NCBI RefSeq assembly: GCF_030144855.1
Contig: NW_026781614.1
Coordinates: 1 to 64,000 of the forward strand
DNA length: 64,000 bases
Direction: 5' to 3'
From: Hypanus sabinus
Lineage: Eukaryota
Part shown: positions 1-12,935 of the stretch, in pieces
Layout of the letters: every line of letters begins with the position of its first letter
Numbering within the stretch: the stretch's first letter is position 1
The notes under the pieces: generated by a model
The model's database searches: none
What the model was told of the DNA's origin: nothing
Seen by the model: the letters and a program-made list of their open reading frames with translations, nothing else
Translations under genes and position numbers: made by a program

Positions 1-125
1 TTCTGTAATCATATGTTTGACAACAATTTTGCTCGCTGATCAAACTTTATTTTTCTCAACAGGAGGGAGGTGTGACAAGATGCTAAGCGTTATTCAATAT
101 GGATGTGCCCTCTAAAAAGGGAGAG

Positions 126-303
126 NNNNNNNNNNNNNNNNNNNNNNNNNNNNNNNNNNNNNNNNNNNNNNNNNNNNNNNNNNNNNNNNNNNNNNNNNNN
201 NNNNNNNNNNNNNNNNNNNNNNNNNNNNNNNNNNNNNNNNNNNNNNNNNNNNNNNNNNNNNNNNNNNNNNNNNNNNNNNNNNNNNNNNNNNNNNNNNNNN
301 NNN
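126..303. other. Assembly gap
   Basis: Run of N. Confidence 1.
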
Positions 304-845
304 TCTCCATTCTTTTAAGGAGGGGCGGGGCCATATAATGGGTAGCTGGCGTTCAGCATGTTGGGATACATACAAGGTCAGCTGGCTTTTCACACAGACA
401 CACGGACATCACGGACAGAAATAAAGAATAAGTAGACACTGGATGAGATTTCACTGCCCTCTAAAGGGTGGGTTTTGCTCGCAGTGTGGAAGGGGGTGAC
501 CAGTGGAATTCTCTCCGTGTGTTTAACCTTGGACTGGGTGATAGCTTTACCGCGGGAAGACAGTACCCTTTTGTGCGGTCACAGTCGGTAACGTTAACAG
601 GACTTCGGAGGACAACGGAAAGTTCGACGGCAACGGCTTACTTGGAAAACAAATCACCTCTCTCTCCTCAATTCTACTCAACTAAATATCACGCACTGAA
701 CTGACGTCATTCCTATACCATCGTAAGACTGTATCATTTACCACCTAGGCTTGAGGAAGTTTTGGGGGTTTTATATTTACACACTTATATCTGCAGAAAC
801 TCTGCTAACCCTGTTGGATTTATCTGTTTTTCTATTACTGTATTA
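304..845 (+). mobile_element. Partial LTR (Gypsy-type)
   Basis: Homologous to 7297-7859. Confidence 0.55.
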
Positions 846-1160
846 TATATAGAACATAAAACATAGAATAGTATACCACATTACAGCCCCTTCGGCCCAC
901 AGTGTTTTTTCCGACCCGCAAACACTGCTTCCCACATAACAACTAACACCCTCCCCCACATTAAGTTCCTCGATATACGTGTCTGGTAGTCTCTCAAACA
1001 TAACATAAGAACATAAACATAAGAGATAGAAGCAGGAGTAGGCCAATCCCAAGATATCCTTGGGGTTTTCCTTTACCCTACTCACCAAGGCATTCTCATG
1101 CCCCCTTCCTGCTCTTCTCAGCCCATTCGTAAGCTCCTTTCTTGCTACCCTATATTCCTA

Positions 1161-3055
1161 TAAGATTCCGGAGCTTCAGATACGCAGGGGTGATAACTCT
1201 CCAGCGGCCAAAAACCGACCATTTCCGAAAGATAGGACCACTCGGACACGTGGAGATCTGGAACATGGGGATCGGAATATGATGAGAGGCATTGACCGTG
1301 TGGATATTCAGAGGCTTTTTCCCAGGGCTGAATAGGCTGCCGGCAACAGTGGTCGAGGCGGATACGCTTGGGTCTTTTAAAGAGACTTTTGAAGCTTAGA
1401 AAAGCTTAGAAAAGAGGGCAATAGGTAGGCCTAGTCATTTCGAAGGTAGTGACATGTTCGGCACAACTTTGTGGGAAGAAGGCCCTGTATTGCGCTGTAG
1501 ATTGTCTATGTTCTCTATGCTTCTATGGAATACCTTGCCAGTGTAGACTGTTTTCCCGGATAACCCCTTTTCTCTTCATTGACTGTTCATGGAGTGTTCT
1601 GGTTTCCAGTAGGGTGCACATAGGATGAGAGTGTGTAAATCTACGTGCTTTTAGTAGAAATTATAAAATATACTTGTTGGTAAATACAGATTCTCTGTAT
1701 CTCATTATTCGTTGTTACAACGGATGAATCATCTCACAGTGGCGTCCATCATTAGCATTGCCCACTAACAGGATGTGCCTCTACACAGGGTCACCATCGG
1801 AAAGGACTTTCAGAAGCCTGAAAGCTCAGGCTCAACGATTCAGGAACAGCATTATTTCCCCGCTGTCACGTGTATCTCGGTTTTGTTTTCTCTATATTTA
1901 TTTATCCTGTATTTCATTGTACTGCTACCAGAGAGTTAACAATTTTGCGACGTATGTCTGTGATATTAAATCTGGTTCTGATTCTTTAAATGTACCTTTG
2001 AAACCTTTGATTCTGATTCAAATGCAGGGGGATGTGTTGGATTGAACTTACATTAGCTTCAAGCCTTTCAGAACCTCATGTACTGTGCTGTAATATTCTA
2101 TGTTCTTTGCTTCATCGAGCTCCATACTTGCTATAGTTCAGTGAATCGATTAATTATTTAAAGCTACAGCTCCTTGCTTTTCCAGAGTGTTCTTAACCGT
2201 CGGATAAAAAAGTGCAGGAGAATTTAAAAAAAACAATAGGCCATAAATTTCAGTACCGACCGCTGGATGATCTCGATAGCTTTGTTTGCAAGGGACTCGC
2301 CAAGAATTATGTATTGATGAATTGCCCTCCGTGTTCAGACTACGCTGGTCATGGGATATGAAGGGAAGTATCTGGAAGAGTCAGGACTATTAGCAATAGT
2401 CTGTATAGTCCTGTGCGTATGTCTGACTCATCTCACTGAATTTTACGAGGTAGTTACCAGGAATGGTGTGGAAGGCAAGGCAGTGAATGTCGTCGATCAG
2501 GGACTTCAGCAAGGAATGTCTCAAGGTTCCATTCGGGAGGATGCTGGAGAAGGTTCAGTCACTTTGCTTTCATGATGAACTATTAAATTGCTGTCACCAT
2601 TGTCTACTTTGGGAAACTAGAGTGTGGTAATAAAGGGTGTCTCTTTGTTTGGGGACTTGTGACGAGTGGAATGCCGCACGGATCGTTGCTGTCATCGTTG
2701 TTTGTTGTTTGTCATCTATATTAACGATCTCGATAATGATGTCGTTAACTGAATCAGCAAACTGTCGGTGACAGCACCATTACCTACATAGTTGACATCG
2801 AGGATGAGTACCAGAGCATGGTACCGGAAACGGGATCTGGAGCAATTGGAACAATGGTCTTAAGAAAACATCGGATTTAACACAGACAAGTGTTAGATGT
2901 TGCACTTTGGGAGGACCAGCCAGGGTTGGTCTGACACAATGAGAAATAGGGCACTGGGGAGTACGATAGAACAAACGAATCTGGGAATGAAGGTCCATAA
3001 TTCAATGAGTGTTGCACCACAGTTAGACAGGGTTGTAAAAAAAAACTGTTCAATA
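1161..3055 (+). repeat. Duplicated composite TE block, copy 1 (LTR + inserted CR1 3' end + Rex1-like 3' end + CR1 RT fragment)
   Basis: Collinear with 8569-10560. CR1 insert 1280-1526 is flanked by a GGAATA duplication. Confidence 0.8.
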
Positions 3056-3848
3056 CATCTCATGCTTTCTGGTCATATCCCCGAGTAAGGTAAATAGAGG
3101 GGAGCTCTGCCCTGTCTTTCTGACATGCTGACCCGCGGAGAGATCTGTCACCTGATTTGTTCCCTTTTCTAATATTCGATCCGGTCTGGGCTGTTCACGC
3201 GACTGTCTTTCTTTTTACATTGACATGAATCCTTCCAGCACATAACTGAGAGATTATGCCAGACCTTTTACCCAGGGAAGGTGCCAATGAATATTGTGGA
3301 AGTTTCAATACCATTTCAGTGCCAATACCATTACACAGGTCAAAGATCCGCTTCCCGATCGGTCCCTCACCGTTCCCGTTTGCAGATCTTGATTTTTTTT
3401 TGGGGGGGTGGTAAACAGGTCGGCGGCTATACAGAATACTCTAAATGGGGTGATCGAGCCCTTCATGTCTCTGTGTTCGCTTCCCAGTCTATTAACAAAC
3501 AAACACTCCACGTTGTCCTCCCTTTCTGCAGCTGCGATACTGTCCCTGGTTCCTCATCGCAGTCCCTTTACACTCTGTTACCCGAGCCTTTCCATTCTTC
3601 AACATCTAAAACCCGGAAAGTCCTGAAGCCATCCCTGCCCTTGTGACAGTCGAGTGTCTGTGATAGTTTGAAACATTCTTCAATCAGAGTAACAATCACG
3701 CCAGCAGCTTTGAGCGTTTGTATTGCTACCTACCTGAACCATATGAAGCAAACAATCTTTTGCCATTTCAGCAATTTCCGAATGACCAGGCATATGATTG
3801 TTTGAATTAATGACATTTTTGCTAAACCTGTTCATTGAAAAAACTGCT

Positions 3849-4786
3849 TTATTGAAAATTCCGCTTACTTACCATTAAACACGGGTGTGATCTACACAGA
3901 TAGCCATTCAATGTAAACACATACGTTATTCCATTCCTCAACTCTTCCCTGAATTTCCTCTGCGTCAGTGCATAGATACAAGTATTGGTGCACATGCTGA
4001 GTATTTCCAGCATGAACCCAAATTGCTGTAGGATGTATACCGGGGAACTCAAATATCTGTTCTCGTAAAAATAGCTTTCCACTTGCCATTTCAAGGAATG
4101 GACTAAATAGGCCATCCAAAATAATATGAAATTTGCTGATATAGAAAACAGCAAAATCATCGATTTCCTGCGGTTTTCCACTTCGGCATCTTTCTGATTG
4201 TCGCCGCTGTGTCGAAGCTTTCTGCGGACTATATTTGCCGCAATGATATGTCTTACAGTGAACCCGTTAAACAACAGGATTAATCCGATTGGCAGCAATG
4301 GTGTTAAAATGCTCTCCAGTAATTCGTATCCTCTCCACACGTCTGAAGTAGCGTATTCCTGTGTGAGGGCGCAACGCCACGGCGTGTTGTCAATGATGGC
4401 GTAAGGTTCAATGACAAAGTATAATGGGGCACATTTCCCACAGCTCACTATAACAACGGTCACGATGACCACCGTTGCTGTTCTCTCGGTGCAGTATCGG
4501 TCCCGCAGCTTTCCGCAACATATTGCGATGAAGCGATCGAAGGTAAAACTTACCGTGAACCAAACAGAACAATCGATCAATATGTCCCGAAATACAAGTG
4601 TCAGAGCGCATACAGGAGTGATGAGCAGGGATCTGTAATAATTGTGGATATAGTTGGTCTGTTCCACTAAAGCAACAACGATAACCACCATCAGATCCGC
4701 TGTTGCCATTCCAACCAGGTAACGGGTGATGCATTTGGAGAGTCCGCATTTTCCCCGAGATAGGATCGCAATCGCCGTTAAATTAA
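3849..4786 (-). CDS. Locus A exon 2: GPR139/GPR142-like rhodopsin-class GPCR (divergent paralog; 335 aa with exon 1)
   Basis: Acceptor ttcttgcag|TTAATTTA on the - strand. Open frame (V)NLTAIAILSRGKCGLSKC..MATADL..FTFDRFIAICC..PWRC..TNTCIYALTQRKFR, stop at 3849. Confidence 0.92.
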
Positions 4787-5564
4787 CTGCAAGAAATTTG
4801 AATAAAAAATAAATATCGTCAGTGACAACTCACTGAACAACCATTATAACGATGCTATGCAGAATATGGTTTAGCTGCAACTGATCAATGACCCCTCCCC
4901 CCGATTCCTGCAGGGTATGGTCTGTGGAAGTGGAAAGCGGAAATCCAGTGGGTGCGGTCTCCGTCGCTGCACTCCGGCTGGAGGACAATGACGGATGTGA
5001 GTGTCAGTGGATTGGCGACCTTCCCACGGTTTAGAGCGAGGCGTCCGAGTTCCACGACTCACGGACCAGTGAGTAGTCGATCGTTCCTGTAAACATCATT
5101 TCCATCATTAGATGTGAAGTAACAGACGGGATTATTTGTAGCGGTATCAAAGTGGCATCATGGAGATAGAAAGCACGAGTTCTCATTTACTGACTTACAG
5201 AAGAACAGACCTACGTGTCGAAAATAGACTGGGCCGACATTTAAGTAAGCTGGCATGTAGTTATATGATTGAAGTGTCTGCTCTGATAGAGACTCGGGTC
5301 TGGAAAAGCGGACAGCAGCGTCACTTCAGAAAGCCTAGCGATGCGCAATTATGAAACCGTGACGATATCACCAACTTAATTGACAGAAGAGGAAAACACT
5401 CCGATCAAAAAATGAAAAATGGCAATAAAACCGTTAGATGCCTGAATCCTCCATTCCGGAAACACGTTTCAGCCGACGGTAACATCTGCGCTCAGTAAGA
5501 GTGCGGATACCGCAGCAAAGTTTCGAAAGCACTATACATAAAGTGACCAGCTCCGGCATCTTAC

Positions 5565-5634
5565 CGGGGACACCAACCGCTACAAGTGTGGGATAGAATA
5601 TGCCCGCGATGTAGTAAATCGCCGCATATCCCAT
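5565..5634 (-). CDS. Locus A exon 1 (MGYAAIYYIAGIFYPTLVAVGVP+G)
   Basis: ATG at 5634, donor CCCG|gtaag. 70 nt + 938 nt = 1008 nt, in frame with exon 2, completes TM1. Confidence 0.9.
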
Positions 5635-5709
5635 ATTCCGTAAGAAGAAGCGTTCAGTTGTGCGGAGCGTTTCAGCTGCTCAGATGGACTGGGGATCGGT
5701 TTAGCAGAC

Positions 5710-5790
5710 AGAAATTTATTGAGTTGAGAGCAATTCCACTGAGTCAATTTGCGTGGCTGTCACGTCAGGGACATTAGTGACAACCAACAG
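5710..5790 (-). promoter_or_regulatory. Putative core promoter of locus A
   Basis: TATA-like AATAAAT ~85 bp upstream of the ATG, AP-1 TGAGTCA at 5740-5746 and CRE-like TGACGTGA. Layout resembles the upstream region of locus F. Confidence 0.4.
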
Positions 5791-6647
5791 CACAAACACT
5801 TACATTAAACTATTTTTACTGACTGTCCCCGTGACATTAATTTGGCTCCTAAAGGGATATTGCTATCTATTTACTTTAAAACAAAACATAATGTGAATTA
5901 TCCACGATATTTTCCATGATACCTGGCTTCAGGTATTTAAATATGATTTTTTTAATATCCGTGTTGTTTTTTTAAATTTCTTTCTTTTTTGTAATTTATC
6001 TTTTTTTATTGAAGTGTGTTGCTTTTAAAGTTGGCATTTATATTGAAGTCAATTTATTTTGTGACATTTGACGGAGCAGATTCGCTTCTGAAATTGAGGG
6101 AAGGAGTTTGTTCTGGCAGGTGAAATGGAGAACACTCGTTTATTAAAGGGTAATATCCGTTCATTCTTTTCTTTTGTTTGTTCCAGTCATTCCGGGCGGT
6201 GTGAGTGGTGGAATAAACAATGACAGCTGACATGTATTACAATAACACTGCACTTATATTCGTCCAAACAATTTAAAAGATCCACAACGATATTCCAGAG
6301 ACCTGTGGTCAAAAAAGGAACGAGTCCTCGGGAAATTAGCGGCGGCTCTGAACAATTTGAAGCAAAATGTCTTCCAACGTACCCATGGACCGTTTGGTAG
6401 GACCCTGACCTCTTCCAGTGAATGACTTGAACAGCCCATACCCGTGCCCTGCGATGCAGTCGATTTAACTTTAAAGATATTCTCAAACCAGCCACAATTC
6501 TACCAGCCACAATTCGCCATCCTTTCTTAGTTTGAACAAAAGTGACAAGTAAAATCAGTGACCACACCGCAGGGTTTCAGGCTGTTCTATTATTTGCCAT
6601 GAGGTTGTCTGTTTTTCTCCTCATTTGCTTTCCGGTTTATTGTCTTT

Positions 6648-7085
6648 CATACAAACATAGAAACATAGAAAACCTACAGCACAGCATAGGGCCTTCGGCC
6701 CATAAAGTTGTGCCGAACATGCCCCTACCTTAGAAATTACTAAGTTTAGACATAGCCCATATATTTCTCTAAGCTCCATGTACCTATCCAAAAGCCTCTT
6801 AAAAGACGCTATCGTGTCCGCCTCCACCATCGTCGCTGGCAGCCCATTCCACGCACTCACCACTCTCTGCGTAGAAAACGTACCCCTGACATTTCATCTG
6901 TATCTACTCCCAAGCACCATAATCTTGTATCCTCTTGTGGCATCCATTTCAGACCTGGGAAAAAGCCGCTGACTATCCACACGATCAATGCCTGACATCA
7001 CCCTGTACACCTCTATCAGGTCACCTCTCATCCTCCGTCGCTCCAAGGAGAAAACGCAGAATTCCCTCAATCTGTTTTCTTAAGT
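6648..7085 (-). mobile_element. CR1 LINE 3' fragment
   Basis: (CATAGAAA)n tail; peptide WNGLPATMVEADTIASFKRLLDRYM. Confidence 0.85.
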
Positions 7086-7296
7086 AACGGTCACTATATG
7101 TTTGTCCAGAACATCGATGTGTTCAAGCTCACCTGTCAATCACACTTCCTTCTGCTCCTGCAGTGCACCGCTCCGTGCCGATTCTGGTGATTGGAGAAAG
7201 TCTCATCACTCTGTTTCCATTGTGGAACTCGTACTGACATGCGGCCCTCGGTTGACTCTGGAAAGTGTCACCTCTGCCTTCAATTCCATTTTCAAA

Positions 7297-7859
7297 GACA
7301 CACAGACACACGGAGGACACGGAGAGATATACAGAAGAAATAGACACTGGATGAGCTTTCACTGCCCACGAGAGGGTGGGGTTTGCTCGCAGTGTGGTAA
7401 GGGTGTGACCAGTGGAATGTTATCGATGTTTTTAACCCTTGACTGGGTTGATAGCTTTTCCGGGTGAAGACTGTACCATTTTGTGTGGTCACAGTCGGGA
7501 ACGTTATCAGGACTTCGGCGGACAACTGAAAGATTGACGGCATCGGCTTACTTGGAAAACAAATCACCTCTCGCTCTCTCTCTCTCCTCAATTCTACTCA
7601 ACTTAAAATCACGAACTAAATTGACGTCATTCCTATACCATCGCAAGCCTGTATCATTTACCACCTAAGCTTGAAGAAGTTTGGGGTTTTATATTTACAA
7701 ACTTATATATGCATTAACTCTGCTAACCTGTTTGATTTATCTGGTTTTATATTTCTATAATACGTAGATACTAATAAACAGTTTTGTTTGTAGCAATACC
7801 AGACTCTAGGTGTGTTCCATTTATGCTGGCTCTTTTAACCCGTTACGGGGCACGTAACA
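7297..7859 (+). mobile_element. Partial LTR (Gypsy-type), 3' half
   Basis: AATAAA followed by terminus CCCGTTACGGGGCACGTAACA, whose reverse complement matches the terminus at 14996. Confidence 0.65.
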
Positions 7860-8568
7860 AAACCGTTCCAACCCCTACATCGCACCTCAATTCTGTAAAC
7901 CCCTTCGACCACTACAGCACTCGGCATCTCTGCAAGACTTCCATCATCCAGCCTGGTGCATTCAGATGACAGCAGACCCGAGAAAGGTACAGTCGTGTCA
8001 GATTGAATGGTTCATAAAACACTGTTGGCCTGAAGAAATTACAGTCTGATCAAGGACAGGGATGCAGGCAAACCAGCTCTCTCAGTTTCCCCCATTTTGT
8101 GGATTACGAACTTATTCTTGCACTGGAATAATTTAATCAGAGGAACTGAGTGTGGACACAGGGAGCTTTAGGTAATGATCTGCTAACCCTGAGACCATTC
8201 TCAAACAAGTCGCCATTTGTTATGTGAAGGGCGTGGACTCTGAACTGATAATTGACTCTGGGACAATCTAATCAGAGCAATAAACCGAAGACAACGCTCA
8301 GAGGAGCAGTTACTTGTTATGTAAAATGCCAGACATATCAAAGAAACAATCTGTAGTCCCGTTACCCTCTGTCTCGGTTGCCTCATGTAACTGATTTGGA
8401 CCAGTCAGGGTGTAAAGAGACGAATACACAAGGCTGGGGTGGGCAGAGCCACGTGCAATATGTTGGTTGTAGCTCTGTACAATGATCAGTAACCAGGTGA
8501 CCCAGGTAGGCCAGGTGACCTTGAGACAATCGTTTGGAGATCCAATGGTTCCATTGACGAGGAACAAT

Positions 8569-10560
8569 ATAAGATTCCTGAGCTTCAAATAGGCAGGGGT
8601 GATAACTCTCCAGCGGCCAGAGACCAACCATTGCCGAAAAGTAGGACCACACGGACACGTGGAGATCGGGAACATGAGGATCGGAAGATGATGAGAGGCA
8701 TTGATCGTGTGGAGATTCAGAGGCTTTTTCCCAGGGCTGAGATGGTTGCCACAGGAGGACACATTTTGAAGGTGCTGGGGAGTCGGTACAGCGGATGGGT
8801 AAGTTTTTTTTTACTCAGAGAGAGGTGAGTGCGTGAAATAAGCACCCGGCAACAGTAGTGGAGCCGGATTCGATTGGGTCTTTTTACGAGACGATTGAAT
8901 CGGTACATGGAGCTTAGAAAAATAGAGGGCTATAGGTAAGCCTAGTCAGTCCTAAGGTAGGGACATGTTCTGCTCAACTTTGCTGGCCGAAGGCCCTGTA
9001 TTGTGCTGTAGAGTTTCTATGTTTTCTATGTTTCTATGGAATGTCTTGCCAGCGTAGACTCTTTTCCCGGGTAATACCTTTTATCTTCGTTGACTGTTCA
9101 TGGAGTGTCTGGGTTTCCAGTAGGGTGCACACAGGAAGATAGTGTGTAAATCTACGTGCTTTTAGTAGAAATAATAAAAGATAATTGTTGCTAAATACAG
9201 ATTCTCTGTATCTCATTGATCATTGTTGCAAGGGATGATTCTTGTCTCAGTGGCGTCCATCATGAACATTGCCCACTAACAGGACGTGCCCTCTACACAG
9301 TGTTACCATCGGGAAGGAGATACAGAAGCCTGAAAGCTCAGGCTCAGCGATTCAGGAACAGTTTTTCTCCCCGCTGCCACCTGTATTATCTCAGTTTTGT
9401 TTTCTCTGTATTTATTTATCCCGTATTTCATTGTTCCGTTACCGTAAAGTTAACAATTTCATGACGTATGTCTGTATTAGTAAATCTGGTTCTGATTTTT
9501 TAAATGTACCTTTGAAACCTTTGATTCTGATTCAGGTGCGGGGGTGGGTGTGTTAGATCGAACTTACTTTAATTGAAAGCCTATCAGAACCTGGTGTACT
9601 GTGCTGTAATATTCTATGTTCCGTGCTCGATCGAGTGTAGCGTTTCTTCCTATAGTTAAGTAAGTCGACTAATTCTTTACAGCTTTGACGCCTTGCTTTT
9701 CCAGACGACTCTCAATGCGTCGGATAATAATGTGCAGGAGAACTTAAAAAAAAAAAGCCATAAAATCAGTGCCGACCGCTGGATGATCTCGATAGTTTTG
9801 CTTGGAAGGGACTCGCCAAGTATTATGTAATGATGAATTGCCCTCGGTGTTCAGACTACGCTTGTCATGGGGTATGAAGGGAATTATCTGGACAAGCAGG
9901 AACATTAGCGATAGTCAGTATGGGCCAGTGCATAGTAGGTCATGTCTAACCAATCTCACAGAGCTTTCCGAGGTAGTTACCAGGAGTGGTGTTGACGGCA
10001 AGGCAGTGGATGCCGTCTACAGGGACTTCAGCAAGGAATTTCTCAAGGTTCCGTAGGGGAGGATGCTCGAGAAGGTTGGCTTTCATGATGAACTATTAAA
10101 TTGCAGTCCCATTGGCTACGTTGGGGAAGCTAGAGTGTGGTAACGGATGGTTGTCTCTCTGACGGGGGACCTGTGATGAGTCAAGTGTCTCAGGGATCGT
10201 CGCTGTGCCCGTTGTTATTGGTAATCTATATCAACTGTCTGGATAATAATGTTGTTAACTTTAACGGTGTATAATTGGCCGATGTCAACAACATTACGGG
10301 TGTATTTGACAGCGGGGAAGAGTACAGGAGCATGAAGCAGGATTTGGACCAGCTGGAACAGTGGGCTGAAAATGGCAGATCGGATTTAACACACACAAGT
10401 GTTAGATGTTGCCCTTTGGGCGGACTAGCCAGGGTTGGTTTGACACAATGAGAAATCATGTACTGCGGAGTACGATAGGGCAAACGAATCTGGGAATGTA
10501 GGTCCATAATTCAATGAAAGTTGCGGCACAGGTAGACAGGGTCGTAAAAAAAGATTTTCT
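8569..10560 (+). repeat. Duplicated composite TE block, copy 2
   Basis: Same order of pieces and same junctions as 1161-3055. Contains LPSGRRYRS..RFRNSF (Rex1/Babar-like C-terminus). Confidence 0.8.
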
Positions 10561-11180
10561 AACATTTGCCTTCAAAGACCAAAGTACTGAGTATAGGAGT
10601 TGGGTCGTAAAATTGCTGTTGTTTAAGGCTTTATTGTGGCCTAATTTGGAATATGGTGTGCAAGAAAGATGAAATTATGATTAAAATAATTCAGAAAAAA
10701 ATTACACAGCTATTGCCGGAACGGACTGATTTTGTTTAATTGAAAGAAAGATTACATATGTCAGCACTTTATTCCCGAGCGGATAGAAGACTGAGGGGAG
10801 ATTTGATAGAGGTATACAACATTATTATGAGGCGTATAGAGAGTGTAAATGCAAGCGGGCTTTCTCCACTGATGTTGGGCGAGAATACAATTAGAGATCA
10901 TGGGTGAAGTGTGAAATGTGAAATGTTTAAGAGAAACATCAGAGGAAACGTCTTCACTCAGAGGGTCGACAGAGTGTAGACAGTGCTGCCAACACAAATG
11001 GTAATTGAGATTCTGATGCCAACGTTTAAGAGATGATTCGAGAAGTACACGGATGAGAGGGATATGGATGGTCACGGTCCCGGTGAGATCGATGGCAGTA
11101 GGCAGTTTAAGTAATTCCTCAGTGACCTGACGGACTGCAGACCCTGTTTCTGTGCTGTAGTTTCCTATGGCTGTCTGACT
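9850..11180 (+). mobile_element. Decayed CR1 LINE (RT to 3' end)
   Basis: SCLTNL..AVDAVYRDFSK and QGS motif remnants, CR1 3' UTR. Confidence 0.8.
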
Positions 11181-11799
11181 GTGTATCTGGTTTAGAATTT
11201 CAGTGTCTCACAGCACCGACCGATCTAGAAAGTCGTTGATACTGTTCGATCCCTCTGTCCTTACAACACTGAAGTAATTTGGATGGTTATTCTGTATTCC
11301 CCAATTGCCTGCGATGGGTTTGAAGGGAGACAAGTGTGAGCCTGATTATTGCTTTGCCTTCGCTGCGTTTTTAGTTTGTGTAGTTTTGTATGTTTCATTT
11401 ATTATTGATTTCAGAGGGAGACACTGATTCCACACCGGCCATGTGGATTCAGGGTTAAATGGATCGAAATATTAGCGTATCTACACCCGATACGATAAAA
11501 CCACGATTCGCAGGTAAATTGGCATTTGGATAAATTGGTGTGTACTTGAATTGGGAATTCGGATTGCCATTTGGGACGGCTGGTTCTTGGCAGACTCGCA
11601 ATAGAGTTGTGAAGTGTACCGGAGTTTTGACTCTCCATGGAACACGGCTGTCCTTTGTCTCCCAGGCAGAATTCACTCTGTCTACTACATCATCTGCCTT
11701 CTGTTAGGAAGACAATTCTGAATCAACGCAGCAAGGTTTCCCTGGATCCCTTGCCTCCTGACTTTCTGAATGAGTCTACTGTGGGGAACTGATCAAACG

Positions 11800-12600
11800 C
11801 CTGATCAAGATTGATGCACCCACATCGACTGTCCTGATTCTTCTGTTTCTTTAATATTCACTTTTTCAAATAATCCAATCTGATTCATTAAACACAGCAT
11901 GCCATGTTTTCTCTCGGTAACCAGACTACGTTTCTCCAAATACTCATAAATTCCTTCTTCAATAATCGTCTGCAGCAGTTTACCCATTACAGATGTAAGA
12001 CTCCCTGGTCTATAATTCCAAGAAGTACCCCTATTATTTTTCGTCAACAAATGAATAACATCTCCCACCCTCCAATCATCTAGTTCTACTTTCGTGGCCA
12101 GCGAAGACACACATATTCCGTCCAAAAGCTCAGCAATATCTGAGCTCGCCTTTCAAATTTACCTGGATTATATCTCTTCCGGCACCGGGAATCATGTATC
12201 ATAATGTTTTCTAAGTTTCAATCGCATCCTCTTTCTCAGCGTCGGCATGTTCGAGCATACCTGCCTTTTGACGCTGTGTTCACATTGATCAATGTATTCA
12301 GTGAGGAGCTGCACCGCCTCCGTCGACACCAAATACATTTTCCTCTTTTACCTCTGATCTGCCCATAATCTCCCCATTCTCCTCCTGTTCTTCACAGTGC
12401 AATTCGCCAAGGATTTCTCAAATCCACGTATTACTCTGTTAAGACCATTGTTAAATTCCTTCCTGTCTACACGGTGATTCGCTATAGCCTTACCTGATCC
12501 TTTCTTCTGTTCTGTAAATATCGTTCTTTCTTCCTCTTGACGTGTTGTTCCAGCTTTCTTCACTCCGGCTACTTTACACTGTCGTCCTTTCCCTGCGTCA
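11800..12600 (-). mobile_element. Decayed CR1 ORF2 fragment
   Basis: DDWRV..NYRPGSLTSVMGKLL motif. Confidence 0.75.
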
Positions 12601-12935
12601 CTGAGCCAAGCCTATACTGGACCCCGTTGGGGGGAGAGAGGATGGAGCCTGACCGCGGGCCAGAGTGTTCTCAAGTGAGGGGGGAGCCCAGTGAGGGAAG
12701 GAGTGAGGATCTGACGGGTAGACATGGGGAGTCCGAGGCAGTGGGTTCTCAAGTGAAGCGGGAGTCCAGTGAGGGGGAGGGTGGGGTTCGACAGTAGAGT
12801 CCCCCTTGGTGTCTGAGGCAGAGGGGCACGGAGATCTCAGAAAAGTAGACACCCCCCGGAGCCAGGAGAACCGAGTATGATCTGAACTGCACCTGGGTCT
12901 TGTGCCTTGCAGGAAGCACCGGGGAACTCTGGTGA

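Noticed and set aside
83-393. ORFs spanning N runs (also 22065-22676 and 53203-53562)
   Set aside because: Gap artefacts.
7975-8560. Possible retroviral env remnant, related to 48870-49340
   Set aside because: No sustained frame or env motif. It runs into an LTR-like end, so it is more likely non-coding LTR sequence.
11200-11790. Short - strand ORFs as an extra gene
   Set aside because: No recognisable domain or exon structure, and the segment lies between TE fragments.
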